Shown here piece after piece: positions 23,173 through 35,400 of a stretch of 64,000 nt of DNA. This DNA comes from Basidiobolus meristosporus CBS 931.73. Taxonomy: Eukaryota; Fungi; Basidiobolomycota. Location of the stretch: positions 124,001-188,000 of the forward strand of contig MCFE01000027.1 in NCBI GenBank assembly GCA_002104905.1. The letters run 5' to 3'. The position numbers were made by a program, and so were the translations under genes. The notes below the pieces were generated by a model. It was not told where the DNA came from, ran no database searches, and saw only the letters and a program-made list of their open reading frames with translations. Each line of letters begins with the position of its first letter. The first letter of the stretch is position 1.

Positions 23173-23521
23173 TGTTGTAAAAATTTGTAATTCCACCTAA
23201 ATATTCACCTAACTTAGTCACTTAGATCATTACCCTTAAATCCTAGAGAATACTGACCAAATTCCTTGTTGGGATTTACTTAGAATATTTTCATCAAAAC
23301 ACCAGGTACCCAGAACATGAAAATTCTCAAAGTTGTCCAAACAGCCCCAAACTTTGCACACATGCTCTTGGGACCTTCCTTAACCTATTCTATGTGTCTG
23401 TAATGCCAAGACCAGGTAAAAGTATAAATACTACTTTTACATTCAATAAATCATTAAGTGAAAACCACATAATCTACTTGTTCTCCAAATCACTTCCAAT
23501 ATCTCCAAGACTCTTACAACA
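23173..23521 (+). repeat. LTR of the same family, with no PPT before it and no PBS after it (recombinant solo LTR)
   Basis: TGTTG...CAACA, 349 bp. Flanks ATTTG / GTTTA do not match each other or the 21541 flank. Confidence 0.9.
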
Positions 23522-23852
23522 GTTTAACCTTACTATACCATTAGCTTAGTAGCTGTGATCATCTATTGTGTACTATAGAATATCTTAGCTGAATTCCTTT
23601 TTGGGGGTGTATTGGATTAACTTTTCAAAGCATCAGGTGCCCAGGACATGAGAGACCTTATAGCTGTCCTAAGGCCCCCAGACTGTGCACACATGCACTA
23701 AGGACCTTTCCAAATATATTCCTTGTGCTTGTTTTGTCAAGGCAACATAAAAGTACAAATATCACTTTGACACTCAACAGATCACTAATTGGAGACCTCC
23801 TGATCTACTGATTCCCCCAATAACATCCAATATCTCCAAAACTCTTACAACA
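23522..23852 (+). repeat. Older, diverged LTR of a related subfamily, 5'-truncated
   Basis: Ends CCAATATCTCCAAAACTCTTACAACA and shares GTGCACACATGC and GGACCTT blocks with the family LTR. Followed by GATTATA, possibly a decayed PBS. Confidence 0.7.
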
Positions 23853-24606
23853 GATTATATATTACCCATTTTGTGACATTGAATGCAGAATTGTTCTCAC
23901 ATCTATACAAGGTCCAGGAAAAAGGCATAGGAAGCAAGTTTCCAAAGGTCTTGCAGCCACTTGGGAGGTAGGTCGCATTAACAAGCCTGGGGCCCTTGAG
24001 AGTCAAGAATGACCATTGGCCATTGAATCAGTGAGGGGTCCAATTGATGCAAAGAGTTCTCCCGATTTCAAGCACCGTCAGTTGTTAAACAGCATTCTGA
24101 ATCATCAACAATCCCCCCCCCCAATTCTGCACGAAGTTTTTACGAATCACCAGTGTAAATATATTCCCCCCATACACATACGACCGCAGGGTTGGTTTTG
24201 TCGAGGACAGTTGGATACGTGGAGGCACAAGGCAGCATACCAAGCCACACCTTTGGATGCGAGAAAAACTGGCGATCGGGATGGATTGGTAGGCCATCTG
24301 TATCTGTACCACCTAAGAAAGGTGAATCGGGGAAATCAATACCCTGCACCCGCGAGAATCACCATCGGCCTCCACGCTGATGAGCGGGGTCAGGTACGGT
24401 TGGCCATGGAGCTGGCGCCGAATGGGAGAATGCGATGGTTTTAAGGCGCATTCGTACCGTCGACCACTGAATGCCATGATCCATGAGCGGGTATGGGTGA
24501 CGTTATCATGCTTTCATTTGCTGGTCATGGTTGGATGACGTGCATCTCCACGCAATATATAAGCCGCAACGAGGTGGCGAGGAGTGAGAAGTATACTCAC
24601 CTCATC

Positions 24607-25694
24607 ATGCGTGGAACCACCTTGTTCGCAGCCAAACGTCTTGTCGCCACCAGATTCACCCCAGGTCTTGTCCGGCCTATGTCCACGTACCCTCCGGTGG
24701 CGGCAAACGCTCGTCTCCATCCCATGCTCAAATTCACTAGCTACGCAGTGCCGCTGACCGCTATGGGAGGTAAGTTCCACACGTGTCGATCCTCGGCTAT
24801 CCAAACTAACCTAACGAACCTCCCCCCCCCCCACACACACACACATATATATTTATATCAGTCGCCTACTACCAATACTCCACACTGGTGGAGAACGCAG
24901 GAAGCGAGACGGATGGGGCGAAGAAGGCCCTGGACCCCAAGCAATTCATCGATTTCAAATTGAAGGAAGTTGTGGAGATCAATTACAACACGAAGCGGTT
25001 CCGGTTCGAGCTACCCAAAGACACGGTTCTGGGGATGTCCGTGGCCTCCTGCATTATGACCCAGGCGCCCAAATCGAACGGCTCCGAGGAGATGGTCGTA
25101 CGTCCATACACCCCGACCTCCGACGAGGACGCCCCCGGTTACTTCGACCTGGTGATCAAACGGTACAACGGGGGCCCAATGTCGGAGCACATCCACAGCC
25201 TCAAGCCGGGGGATACCCTCGCGGTGAAGGGGCCATTCGCCAAGTATCCCTACAAGGCCAACACACTCAAGCATGTGGGCATGATTGCCGGCGGTACCGG
25301 CATCACCCCCATGCTACAAGTCTTGAGAAAGATCTTCAAGAACCCCGAGGACCACACCAAGGTGACCCTGATCTTCGCCAACGTCACCGAAGAGGATATC
25401 TTACTGCGCAAGGAACTTGACGAACTCGGCCAGAAGCACAAGGGACAGCTGGACATTCACTACACCCTGGACAAGCCACCCAAGAACTGGACCCAGGAGA
25501 CGGGTCGTGTCGACAAGGAGAAGATCCAGAAGTACATGCCGAAACCGGCCAAGGACACCATGGTGTTCATCTGCGGCCCGGACCAGATGCTCGCGGGTAT
25601 TTCCGGCACCAAGAACCCTGACAAGTCCCAGGGCAAGGTGGGCGGGATCCTGAAGGAACTGGGCTATTCCGAAGACAATGTTTATAAATTCTGA
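24607..25694 (+). CDS. MCR1: NADH-cytochrome b5 reductase, mitochondrial (Mcr1-like)
   Basis: Presequence-like MRGTTLFAAKRLVATRF; intron 24770-24861 (GT..AG); motifs RPYTPTS, LVIKRYNGGPMS, KGPF, MIAGGTGITPMLQ and FICGPDQM. Confidence 0.92.
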
Positions 25695-26062
25695 TGAGTT
25701 CGCCCCGCCGGTTTTCCGATGAGAAATAAATCGAGTACATATTTATTATCACCCTATAGGGATGCGCTGCCTCAATTCACCACATACTAGCATAGTACGT
25801 TGGGCAAAGGACAATCGACCCGATACGTGAGGTTGGTTTGGGATGGTGAATGAGGGATCAGGGATCAGGGATGGAAGATTCCAGAACTACCTGGTACTAA
25901 AAGGCAAACCAACCGAGTTTTCTGAACACTCTTTCCATGAACTTTTCCATGGCCCAAGAGCATGGGTCAAGCGAACTTGGGAAACGCTGCACCAACAAAT
26001 CTGCTAGTGGCACCGGCTAGCTTGTGGCCCACAGCTAGATATGTTCGTATCATCTCTGGAAG

Positions 26063-26887
26063 TCATTGACGATAGCGCATTTCACGTAATCTTCGAAGGC
26101 GTTGTTGATCCGCATAAGTGAATACTGGCTGACGCTGGTTCGTTTCTTCAGATGGGAGTTGCGGCTTGGGTTTTCTAGGCTGGTTATGTTCCTGGGTTGG
26201 CAGTCGGGGGTCAGGGGTAGGAAGGATAGGAATCTTTTGATGGACATGCTTCCTGTGGGCTTGTGCCAACTGCTTGACATCGTGATGGTCGATGGGAGAC
26301 TTCTTTGTGTGCGCGGGCAACGGCAGGTTTCTGCTTGTCGCCTTCTTCGAGGAGGTTTCCTGTTGTTGTTGACCATGGTGAAATTTAGGCTGGGCCAGGG
26401 GAAGGGTTCCAACCATGGTGAACGGTTCCCTCAAAACCTCGTCCACCTTTTTAAGTAACGCATCCACTTCCCTCTCCTCAGGCGCGTTCAGCTCCAGCTC
26501 ATTGTCCCCCAAGGCGGCGTTGACTTTAGCGAGTAGCACCTGGGTATCATTGTACTCGGATAGGTACCCCTGGCCCCGGTCAGCTTGGGGAAATGGGCGA
26601 CCGGATTCTTCGAGCTCCAGCTCCAAGAGAGGATGGAGCCTTTTCTCTGGTTCAGAATACACCTCCTTGCTACGTTGGTCCCCTCTGGCGGCCACCTTCC
26701 TGCCCGCTGGCTTGGGGTTTGTTTTGATCTTGGGTGTAGCATTAGCCTATGAAAAAACCACCCTGTTCGTCAGTCTAGAAACTTCCGCCAGCTGTGGGCT
26801 ACTTCATACCTGGAGCTGAGCCTGGAGCCAATCCAACTGGCCCTCTAGTCCCTGAAGGGAAGCTTTGCGTTCCTTCGAATGAGCCAT
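26063..26887 (-). CDS. Hypothetical protein (probably multi-exon; 5' end unresolved, possibly up to ~27480)
   Basis: 210-codon terminal ORF 26063-26695, preceded by a candidate coiled-coil exon (LTVFMAHSKERKASLQGLEGQLDWLQAQLQ) ending at a GTATG donor. No family recognised. Confidence 0.45.
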
Positions 26888-28174
26888 GAAAACGGTCAAC
26901 TGCAGAGATAGTGAGGGAAGTCACACCACAAGGAGTGTTTACAACGAGCAGCTCCACCGAGCCAATCAAACGATCACCAAAAACCCGCTCATAAAAACCA
27001 TGTTGGATAAATTTTAATGATTGATGGAGATCACGTGATTCACCGACACCGTAACTTCCCAGGGGGTATCCGCCATGCTTGACCTGAAGCTTGAGGGAGC
27101 CCGGTGGAAAGGGGATGGATTGGTGTTGGGGGGCGTGGTGTAAGCAGAAGGGCACTGCAATATTTACACGAGGGCATATTCTATTTGGTCTATTGTAGTT
27201 AGAGAGTTAAAAATACGGGTGGTTTTAGGGGGAATCTTTAGATAACGATTAGAGTGGCTTAGTAGACATGGGCTGGGGAGGTTGCACCGACTGGCCAGAG
27301 GGCCTCCACGATCGCGTTCCGGCGTCTAAAAGCGAATTCAGGGATGGTCTTATCTAAAGACATAGTTAACCTTTGCTCGTTGTAGGTATGAACCGGCATA
27401 CAAGAGCCCATGGGACGACTGATGGGGCCGCTGAACAGCACATCCAAGGAGGAAGTCGGGGCGGAGTTATACGAGTTCATCTGAGCTTTGGGGATTTTTA
27501 GGGAATTGGTGGTTTGTCGAACAATGCTACCGGGGGACCACTTTTATCGCTAGCCAGAAGCCAATTTAGGCGGGACTCATGCACCGGCTAAAATTCCCAC
27601 CTCATTTAAGGATCGCCGTACAAATTCCCATTTCATTTAAGGATCTTCACCGAGTGAATGTCGTGGAGATAGGAGACACCGTGAATTGGAGGGGTCCGCG
27701 AAGACCTGTTCACGAGGTACTATGATACCACTTTTGCTTTGTCACATCCAGAGTGTCATGGATAAACAGATCAGTCAGGCAGAACGCCGTCGTGATCCGG
27801 GATCCGCGTCGAGAACATGCGGTCAGCCAATCAACACTCTCATTGTGTTCGAGGATTTCCGCCTCCCTGCGACGTCCCTTTATTGCCGAGGCTGGGATGA
27901 AGAATTATGGGATCGAGGTGCAGGAATATTCGTGACCTGATTCGATCGGTCATCATTTGCTTTGGTGCGATTTTTCACTTGTTCCGGTGGGTGTGGATCA
28001 TACGGTTTATTTATGTACAAAATTATCTGATGCAGGAGAGCGCGTGGATGTGAGTGTATGTGTGCATGCGTGTGTGGGAGTGGGAGTGGATGCGGACTTG
28101 AGTTGGCTATGGATGTGAGTGAGTGCAAGTGAGTGTGCGGGTGCGGGTACGTGGGTGCAAGTGGTGGTTCCAAT

Positions 28175-30151
28175 CTAGATGCTAGAGGGCCTTCGAGGTT
28201 TGACTGATTTTGAGGGGAGCTTCTGACGCTGCGACATGACCTCTTTCACTCGGCCGATCTGCTGTTTTAAGGAGGGGCGCTTGGGAAGGTGGCGTATGCT
28301 CTTCATGTAGTTCAGCACTCGTGCGGCCATGAGCGTCTCCTGGTGGCGCAAGAATCCCTCCATCAAGATATAGAATGTGTCGTCGTTGGGACGGAACTGG
28401 GGATCCGAGACCATGTTCTTGAACAGTTGCTTTGCATCGGGAAGGTGCTTGCTGTTGAGATAGCTCTTGGCTACGACGTTGTAAAGGTAGGTGTCCGGAG
28501 ACACTTTGAGATTCAGCATCTGGTGATACACCCATTTGACCCCAAACACATCCTTCGCCTGGGCATATCCCTGGGCCACAATGCTGAAGAGGATATGGTT
28601 CGGACGTACACCGGACTCGATCAACCCTTCGAGGATGTTGCGTGCTGCCTCTACATCTTTGTGGTTCACAAACGCCTTCATAACCACTCCGTGGATGGCT
28701 AGGTCCATCTTGGTGGGGGATTCTTCTAGCTTTGAGTAGAGCTTCATTACTCCGGGGAGATCTTGCCTCTTCATCAACGAGGTCATGAGAAACAGATGGG
28801 TGGCCAGACTGGGCACCAATCCCTCTCGAGACATGGAGTCCAGGAGATCGAGGGCATCTTGAATGGATGACACCGTGGTTGTATTCTTGGTGATGACATT
28901 GAAGGTATCGGTTCTATGCTGTATGTCGGGGATGGTGGAAAGAAGCTCGGAAATGACGAGCTTGTGCTTTTGGTCTTTGCAGTTGAAAAACGCATTGATC
29001 AGGCAATTGAATAGAACAGTGTCGAGTGCGATATTAGAGTCAACAGCTTGTTTCCAGGTGGAGACCGCCTTCTCTAAACGGGCGTTCTTGATGTAGCCGT
29101 GAATCAGGATGGTGTATGTTACAATGTCTGGGGTCTTCCCGTCCAATGTCATCTGTTCCAATGCTCGCTCGGCGGCGGACACATTCTTGCTCTTCATGAA
29201 CCCGTCGATGACGATGTTGTACGTGACTAGGTTGGGCTTGAGCTGAGCAGCCAGCATGTCTAGCCAGACCTCTTGGACCAGTGCGCGTCGACGATTTTTG
29301 AACAGGCCATCGATGATGGTAGAGAACAGCTGAATGTCGGGTGTGACTTCGTGGCGCTTCATCTGACGATAGATCTCCATCGCCTCGTCTATCTGGTTTA
29401 GGTTTGCCAAACCTTTGATATACACGTTGTAGGTGGAGAGGTTTGGTTGCAGTTTGTTGGCGTATATCTCGGCAAAGGTCTTCTCGGCTTCGGCGATTTG
29501 ACCATGCAGTAGGTAACCCTCAATCAAGATGGTGAAGGTGGCGATATCAGGGACAACCCCAGCCTGCCGGAAATCCGCTAGAATTCCCTTCAGCAAGGAA
29601 AAGTCCTGGAGCTTCACTGCAGCATTGAGCGCCACATTATACGCTAGCTTGTCTGTTGGTAATTCAGACGAGGAAAACGTACGAAAGATGTCGACTGTTA
29701 GATGATAACACGAGATGTTGGAGGTAAGTAGCATAAGATCTATGCGGTCAGTGTGGGGGAGTTGTAACTTTGCATCCAAGAGATCCTGCACAACACGAGC
29801 AATATGGTTGGTGAATTGGAATCTGGGGGTTTGTCTTCGAAGCTTGTTGAGCAGGCTTAGATACTCCTTGAGCGATATATTCTTCCGGGAATCAAAATCA
29901 AGCGAAAGGTAGGCCTCGAGAACGCTGGCGATATTTCCATTTGGCAGCATCTTGGGGCCATGTCTCTCGTTAGTACATATGCTCGTCCCAATAGACTTGG
30001 GAGCTACGGTGGTGACAGAAGTTCGCACCCATTGTAAATGTGACAACCGAGTGTTTTGTAAAGCCAAGGCCAAATGGGAAGGGCGACTCCTTGAGGCTTG
30101 GGTGATATGAATATGGCACCAGTTCGCACTAAAGCGCCGTATATAAAACAT
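28175..30151 (-). CDS. Pentatricopeptide-repeat (PPR) protein, likely mitochondrial, intronless
   Basis: Tandem 35-aa P-type repeats (PDIATFTILIEGY, PNLSTYNVYIKGL, PDIQLFSTIIDGL, PNLVTYNIVIDGF, PDIVTYTILIHGY, etc.). First ATG at 30151. Confidence 0.95.
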   Translation of the reverse strand: MFYIRRFSANWCHIHITQASRSRPSHLALALQNTRLSHLQWVRTSVTTVAPKSIGTSICTNERHGPKMLPNGNIASVLEAYLSLDFDSRKNISLKEYLSLLNKLRRQTPRFQFTNHIARVVQDLLDAKLQLPHTDRIDLMLLTSNISCYHLTVDIFRTFSSSELPTDKLAYNVALNAAVKLQDFSLLKGILADFRQAGVVPDIATFTILIEGYLLHGQIAEAEKTFAEIYANKLQPNLSTYNVYIKGLANLNQIDEAMEIYRQMKRHEVTPDIQLFSTIIDGLFKNRRRALVQEVWLDMLAAQLKPNLVTYNIVIDGFMKSKNVSAAERALEQMTLDGKTPDIVTYTILIHGYIKNARLEKAVSTWKQAVDSNIALDTVLFNCLINAFFNCKDQKHKLVISELLSTIPDIQHRTDTFNVITKNTTTVSSIQDALDLLDSMSREGLVPSLATHLFLMTSLMKRQDLPGVMKLYSKLEESPTKMDLAIHGVVMKAFVNHKDVEAARNILEGLIESGVRPNHILFSIVAQGYAQAKDVFGVKWVYHQMLNLKVSPDTYLYNVVAKSYLNSKHLPDAKQLFKNMVSDPQFRPNDDTFYILMEGFLRHQETLMAARVLNYMKSIRHLPKRPSLKQQIGRVKEVMSQRQKLPSKSVKPRRPSSI

Positions 30152-30384
30152 GACATCGTCCACTGGGTATTTTCCAAATACTCAGTAGTCGTATATTCCT
30201 GTGAATGTCAATACACCGGCTCGCCTCAAAAAAACCACGGCCTTGGTCCAGCGGCCTAATTTTATTAAAATCTTTTCGAGCTGCATGCTCGGAACTATCC
30301 GACAAATGTGAATTTTTTGAAGGAAAATAATATGGGGAGTTGATTACCCCACATATTTACCATTCATTTTACTAAACAAGTGGT

Positions 30385-30788
30385 TTAGCGGAGCACGCTT
30401 AACTTGCGGAATAGCTCCTCTGAATGTCTACGTCCGAATGCCGGGCTGACGGTCAGTAGTAAGCTATCCATGGTTTCGAAGGTAGTCCCCACAGTTGCTT
30501 TCATTTCCACATCTGAGCCTTCTGGGCTGTCCTCGAGCGACCTCACTGCAGCGATCTGAAGAGCTTTATTAGTAAAGAACAGGTGGTTGGGAGGGGGCGA
30601 GTTGGCCTCTCTACCGTAAACCCACGATCAGACAGCTCTATGAGCAACTCCACTTTTTCTAGCAATTCAAACTTCATCACAGCGCTCTCCCCTGTCTTTG
30701 AAACCACTGTGCCTTCTGCCGCTAGGCCGTAGGTGTAATTTTTGGTTGCATCAAGCAGCTCCTCCTCGAGGAACGTTTGGGGGCTCAT
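30385..30788 (-). CDS. GSKIP: GSKIP-domain (DUF727) protein
   Basis: Two exons (intron ~30556-30614). C-terminus TFETMDSLLLTVSPAFGRRHSEELFRKLSVL resembles the GSKIP YETxxSLLxxxSPAY motif. Confidence 0.75.
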
Positions 30789-30979
30789 TTCGGCCTAGGT
30801 TGCGTTGGCTTGATATAATATTAGTGAATAAATGGCAGAATTCGTTGAATCACCAGTAAATATCCATATTCGTGAGATGCGGAATGTGGCACCCGATATA
30901 GGAGAGGAAATTTTTGTGTGGTAGAGAGTGAAGGTGTTGCTTAGGTTTCGGTCTGTTTCGAGTAATATATCCAGTAACT

Positions 30980-32371
30980 ATGAATACTCTGACTATCACT
31001 GGTCGCGCCAGCCTTTTCAGGAGCCCGTACGTATACTGCCTTTCTGTCTCCTGAGCGAATGACTAATTCAAGGGTTTGGATTTCTCAGATTTATAAGAGC
31101 CTACTCACAAACCGCTCGACAGGTATGTCAGGTAGCTATTACTTGTGCTGGGAACACTAATGTCTTATTTACGTCCCAATTTTTGAACAGAACTCGGGCT
31201 GGAGCAGTGTTTCCGTGTCCACGTCTCGTCTGAATCTTCCAAGAGCCAATTCCACGCTTGTCCAGCGTACCGCTCTTCCTGCTCTTTTCAGCATCCCGAC
31301 CCTGCGTACACATGGGTTTTCTTCCGGATTTACCAGGTTCAATTCGACCTCTACCAACGTTCCCGTACTTGATAATACCGCGAGCTTCACAAATGCCTCC
31401 GACAGCAGCCCAATTATGACAACCATCAGCGAAAACATTGACACCAGTTCTATTGTTGACGCCGCAATGAAGGTTGGAGACCTTAAAGCCCTAGGCTTGG
31501 TTAATTATACACCAGTTGGCTTTCTTCAAGGCGCCATGGAATTTATCCATGTTAGCACCGGGATTCCCTGGTGGGGGACTATTGCAGCAACCACGATCCT
31601 TATTCGGATCGCCTTGTTCCCCTTTGTGGTCAAACTCCAGAAGAACGCAGCCACCCTTCATAACATCAAGCCCGAAATGGACCGCCTCACCGCTCAGTTG
31701 AACAAAGCCAAGGCGGAAGGGGACTCAGCAGCGATCACTCAGTATGCCCACGAGTTTAAAAACTTGTTCGAAACGCACAAGGCAAATCCCATCAAGATGT
31801 TGGCTCTCCCGCTCATGCAGGCTCCAGTGATGCTCTCATTTTTCTTTGCCTTGAGAGATATGGCTCAGTTGCCTGTTCCGCAGTTCCAAACCGGTGGCAT
31901 AGCCTGGTTCACTGATTTAACCGCTGCTGACCCGTATTACATCTTGCCTGTGCTCTCTGGGCTTGGGTTTTTGACCATTCTGGAAGTAAGTAAGGCTCAA
32001 GCAATCTACATCTTGTTTACAAGGATTAAGACTTTTGCAGCTCGGCAGTGAAGCAGGCACCAATGTAGGCCAGCCCAACAATGCCAAATGGATCTTTAGG
32101 TTTATGTCAGTTGCCATGGTGCCGTTGACTGCTAGTTTCTCCTCTGTAAGTGATTGATTCTTGGCATGGCGAGAGCTCTCACTAACTGCCCTCATCACCA
32201 CAGTCCATCTTTGTCTACTGGGTCACTTCGAATTTCTTCTCAATTGGTCAGGTGCTCGCCTTGAAGAATCCAGCACTTCGGAAGAAATTAGGCATCCCGC
32301 TTCTGATGAAACATCAAGTCAAGGCTGTCAAGTCCGGCAGCCCCAAAAAGTCAAAGCCCAATAGAAGGTAA
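30980..32371 (+). CDS. OXA1: Mitochondrial inner-membrane insertase Oxa1 (YidC/Oxa1 family), multi-exon
   Basis: TGIPWWGTIAATTILIRIALFP, PLMQAPVMLSFFFALRDMA, WFTDLTAADPYYILP, FVYWVTSNFFSIGQ and a basic C-tail. Confidence 0.95.
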
Positions 32372-32458
32372 CCGACTCACTTTATTGCATAGATATATAT
32401 ATATATACATGATTATATATAGAATCAAATTAATAAATCAACGGCACGTTAGAAGGGA

Positions 32459-35400
32459 TCACCAATAGTTGTTTCCGGCCCATGAGAGCTGCTCTTTGAT
32501 GCTTCTCGCACCTTTGTTGACTTCCTCAATCACTTCGATTCCCTCAGTATTCAAACTGTCCAACACTGGCTTATAGATCTCCGAAATAGTAGGCGAGAGT
32601 ACTCCGCGAGTACTTACCTTGCCTAGAATGGTGTTAGCATATATACAACTGGTACAATTGTGGGAACATACCCTTCAGCAATAAATCGGCGGCAATTGCA
32701 GCAGGGAGAGCAACGGTTTTAGCCATGCCAGAATATCCACCAACCGTTCCATATGTTATAAGAGTCGATTTGTGAATTTCCTAAGCAAAATTTAACGTTA
32801 TGAGTACACATAGATAACACCAACTAGTTGCCTTTATCCCAGGGATACCTTGCTGCCATCTGATCGTTCTACACCAAATTCGTGATGGAGCGCCACCATA
32901 TCACGTTCGTGAGCTCCATATTGTAACTGATTTGAGAGTATAGTGCAGAAGCCATCAAGAACGGTGGGAGCTCTAATCTTGGGCAACGCTGTCGAATTGG
33001 CCTCTTTCGTCATTTGGAGCCTATTGTTCAAGGCTGCTTAGTTACTTTGCTTGGAGAAAGATGTTGAAGATTCTACCAACCATGACAGACCGCTTAGAAC
33101 TCTCCCAACCATTGGGTGGTTTTGAGGTAGTTCTAATTTCTGCGAGATCTTACTCAAGCGCGAATTATGGTCGCCGCTATTATTTCCTAATACCGAATCC
33201 AGGAAAGCAACCTGATGAATGAGAAATGCTCGATTAAATAGCTCTTTCACACCACACACGGGACTTTATAGACGTACCCAACTATCGAACTCCTGAGGAT
33301 TCGCCTTTTGTGAAAGCATTCCAAGTTTTCCGAATGCGTACATCAAGTCGGAGTAGCCCTGATTTTATTGAGCATCGGATTAGAAAGGCAAAGACAGTGC
33401 TGGCCTCATGAATTACCTTGAATCTAAGTGTTCCACGGAACATAGTATCCAATTCTTCCACTGGCCCCAAGCCGTAAGTGTCCACATATTGTAGAGAGTC
33501 ACGGTTGGCCAACCCTTCGAATGCGAAGCCAGGGAAGATTGGCACCGATGGGAAATAGCTGGCTAGAAGTTTGCTCCCTGGAATAGTATGTAACTTGAGA
33601 AAAAATCAGTCGCTGACGAAAGTTCAATGTACATAGTAAATGCTGCAGTACCTTGCCATTCATCTTGAATTGGGCATCGTTTAAACCAGCAGTTAGCACA
33701 CCACGAGGCGACCAGCTGAACTTATATCCTAAAGGATTGTCCGAGCATTCGGGTGCGGGCAATCCACCGCACCAGGAAATGAAGGATGTGACCTAGATTA
33801 AATTGTATTAAACCATTGAATACCCATATTCTGCCGATGTTGAAATACATACCCTGCCGCCCTTCTCTTTAACTTCATCAATAATCTTCATGGCCGTCAA
33901 ATGATCGATTCCTGGGTCAAGACCAATTTCGTTGATGATGCTAACTCCAGCCTGCTTCGCTCTGGCATAGGTAAAGGTCAATCTTAGAGTATTTCACAAT
34001 CTCGTTTTCTGGATAGTTACTGTTGATCAAGTGCCTTCATTGCTGGAGATATGTAACTGGCAGTCACCATGTTCTTTCTCTGCGCTATACATGCTTGGGC
34101 AACTGCAGGATGAAAAGGTGCAGGAACAAAGCTTATAAAACTATTAATATAACGCACAAACAATTCCAATGCGTATAGATATACCTGACTACGACATCCG
34201 AATCATTGACCAAGCCTGCAAGCTTCTCTGGGTCCTGAACCTGAAGATCCTTTACTCTGGTGTTCTCGCGGCCTTTAGCCAAAGCAGTGGCCTCCGATAG
34301 CTGGTTACTAGCTAAGCTTTATATGAGCCACGCATCCAAACTTCAATCATGGCAAACGTTTACCCACCTATGGTCACCTCGGTACTCTTATCCCGGAGGA
34401 AGTAATCTATCAATGGGGCAGATACAAACCCTGATCCAAGTAGCAAAACCCTTCTTTTTTCGTTTGACTTGACTACAATACCAGAGCTGCGAAAACGCTT
34501 AGTGACTGAAACCAATTCTTCATCTTCCACGTAAATCACTTACCCAGAAGTGAGTTTCTTCTGCAAGTGCTTGTGCTTTGGAGTCAACTCCCCATTTTCA
34601 GCAATCGTAGCTCTTTCTAGAACTGGATGATCAAATTTCCCCATGACCTAGCACATCAGATATGTTAGATCGGTCCAGGCACAGGGTGGTCATCAACCTT
34701 ACCAATTCTTTGGCGAATGGATAGAACGCTCCACTGAAATGCTGGCTACTCTCTGCAGGAATCTCTGTGGGTAGATTGTCAATGGACATGATCTGTGTGC
34801 CGGTATGCTCAATACTTGTGAGTGACGATTAGTCTCGGATAAAACGGAGCGGTCTAGAATGGACTTACTCCTGATGCTCGTTACTGTTGATTGCATCATA
34901 ATAAAAGAATGGCTCATCAATGGTGGTTGTCTTGGTTGTGAACTCCAAGCTTCCCTACATGGTCGTTAGTATAGATCTAGAGTCTTGTTTACTATCATTG
35001 CATACACCAACCTCAATGTCACAACTGATGTCAGCAATCGACACGAGGCGATACTTGTTTGCATCGTCAGCTTGAATCTCGGCAAGTTGCTGGTTGGTCA
35101 GAAGACGAGGGTACTCATTCGACCAGAATAGACCGTTCACTAGAGCTGTGGTGTAGGGTGCGACACTTTTGTGGAAGTTCGAAGTATAATTTTCTGGATT
35201 CTTGAAATAATCATCACGCTCCACAGGGCCACCATCCTTTTTCTGGATGTAGTCGGCAAATGTCACTTCGCATGCGTAGATTTTCTTATTGTCGAAATCT
35301 GGAACGAACTCGGTTTGAGTGAAAGTTGTTGGAATGCACGGCGCTCAATCTGGGGTACCTTTGGATTTGATCAGCTTTTCCAGCTCACTTGCTTTGACGT

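Noticed and set aside
941-23180. Dozens of 60-140-aa ORFs antisense or off-frame to the transposon and copia genes
   Set aside because: Shadow ORFs or frameshifted pieces of the repeats; duplicated only because the DNA is duplicated.
24016-24444. 142-aa ORF at the repeat/gene boundary
   Set aside because: No motif or codon bias; lies in the likely MCR1 upstream region.
27595-27650. Direct repeat TCATTTAAGGATC twice
   Set aside because: Only two copies of 13 bp; a regulatory role cannot be supported.
28040-28170. GT/CA-rich low-complexity tract giving a His/Pro-rich ORF (27880-28173)
   Set aside because: Simple-sequence DNA just past the PPR stop codon; the ORF is a compositional artefact.
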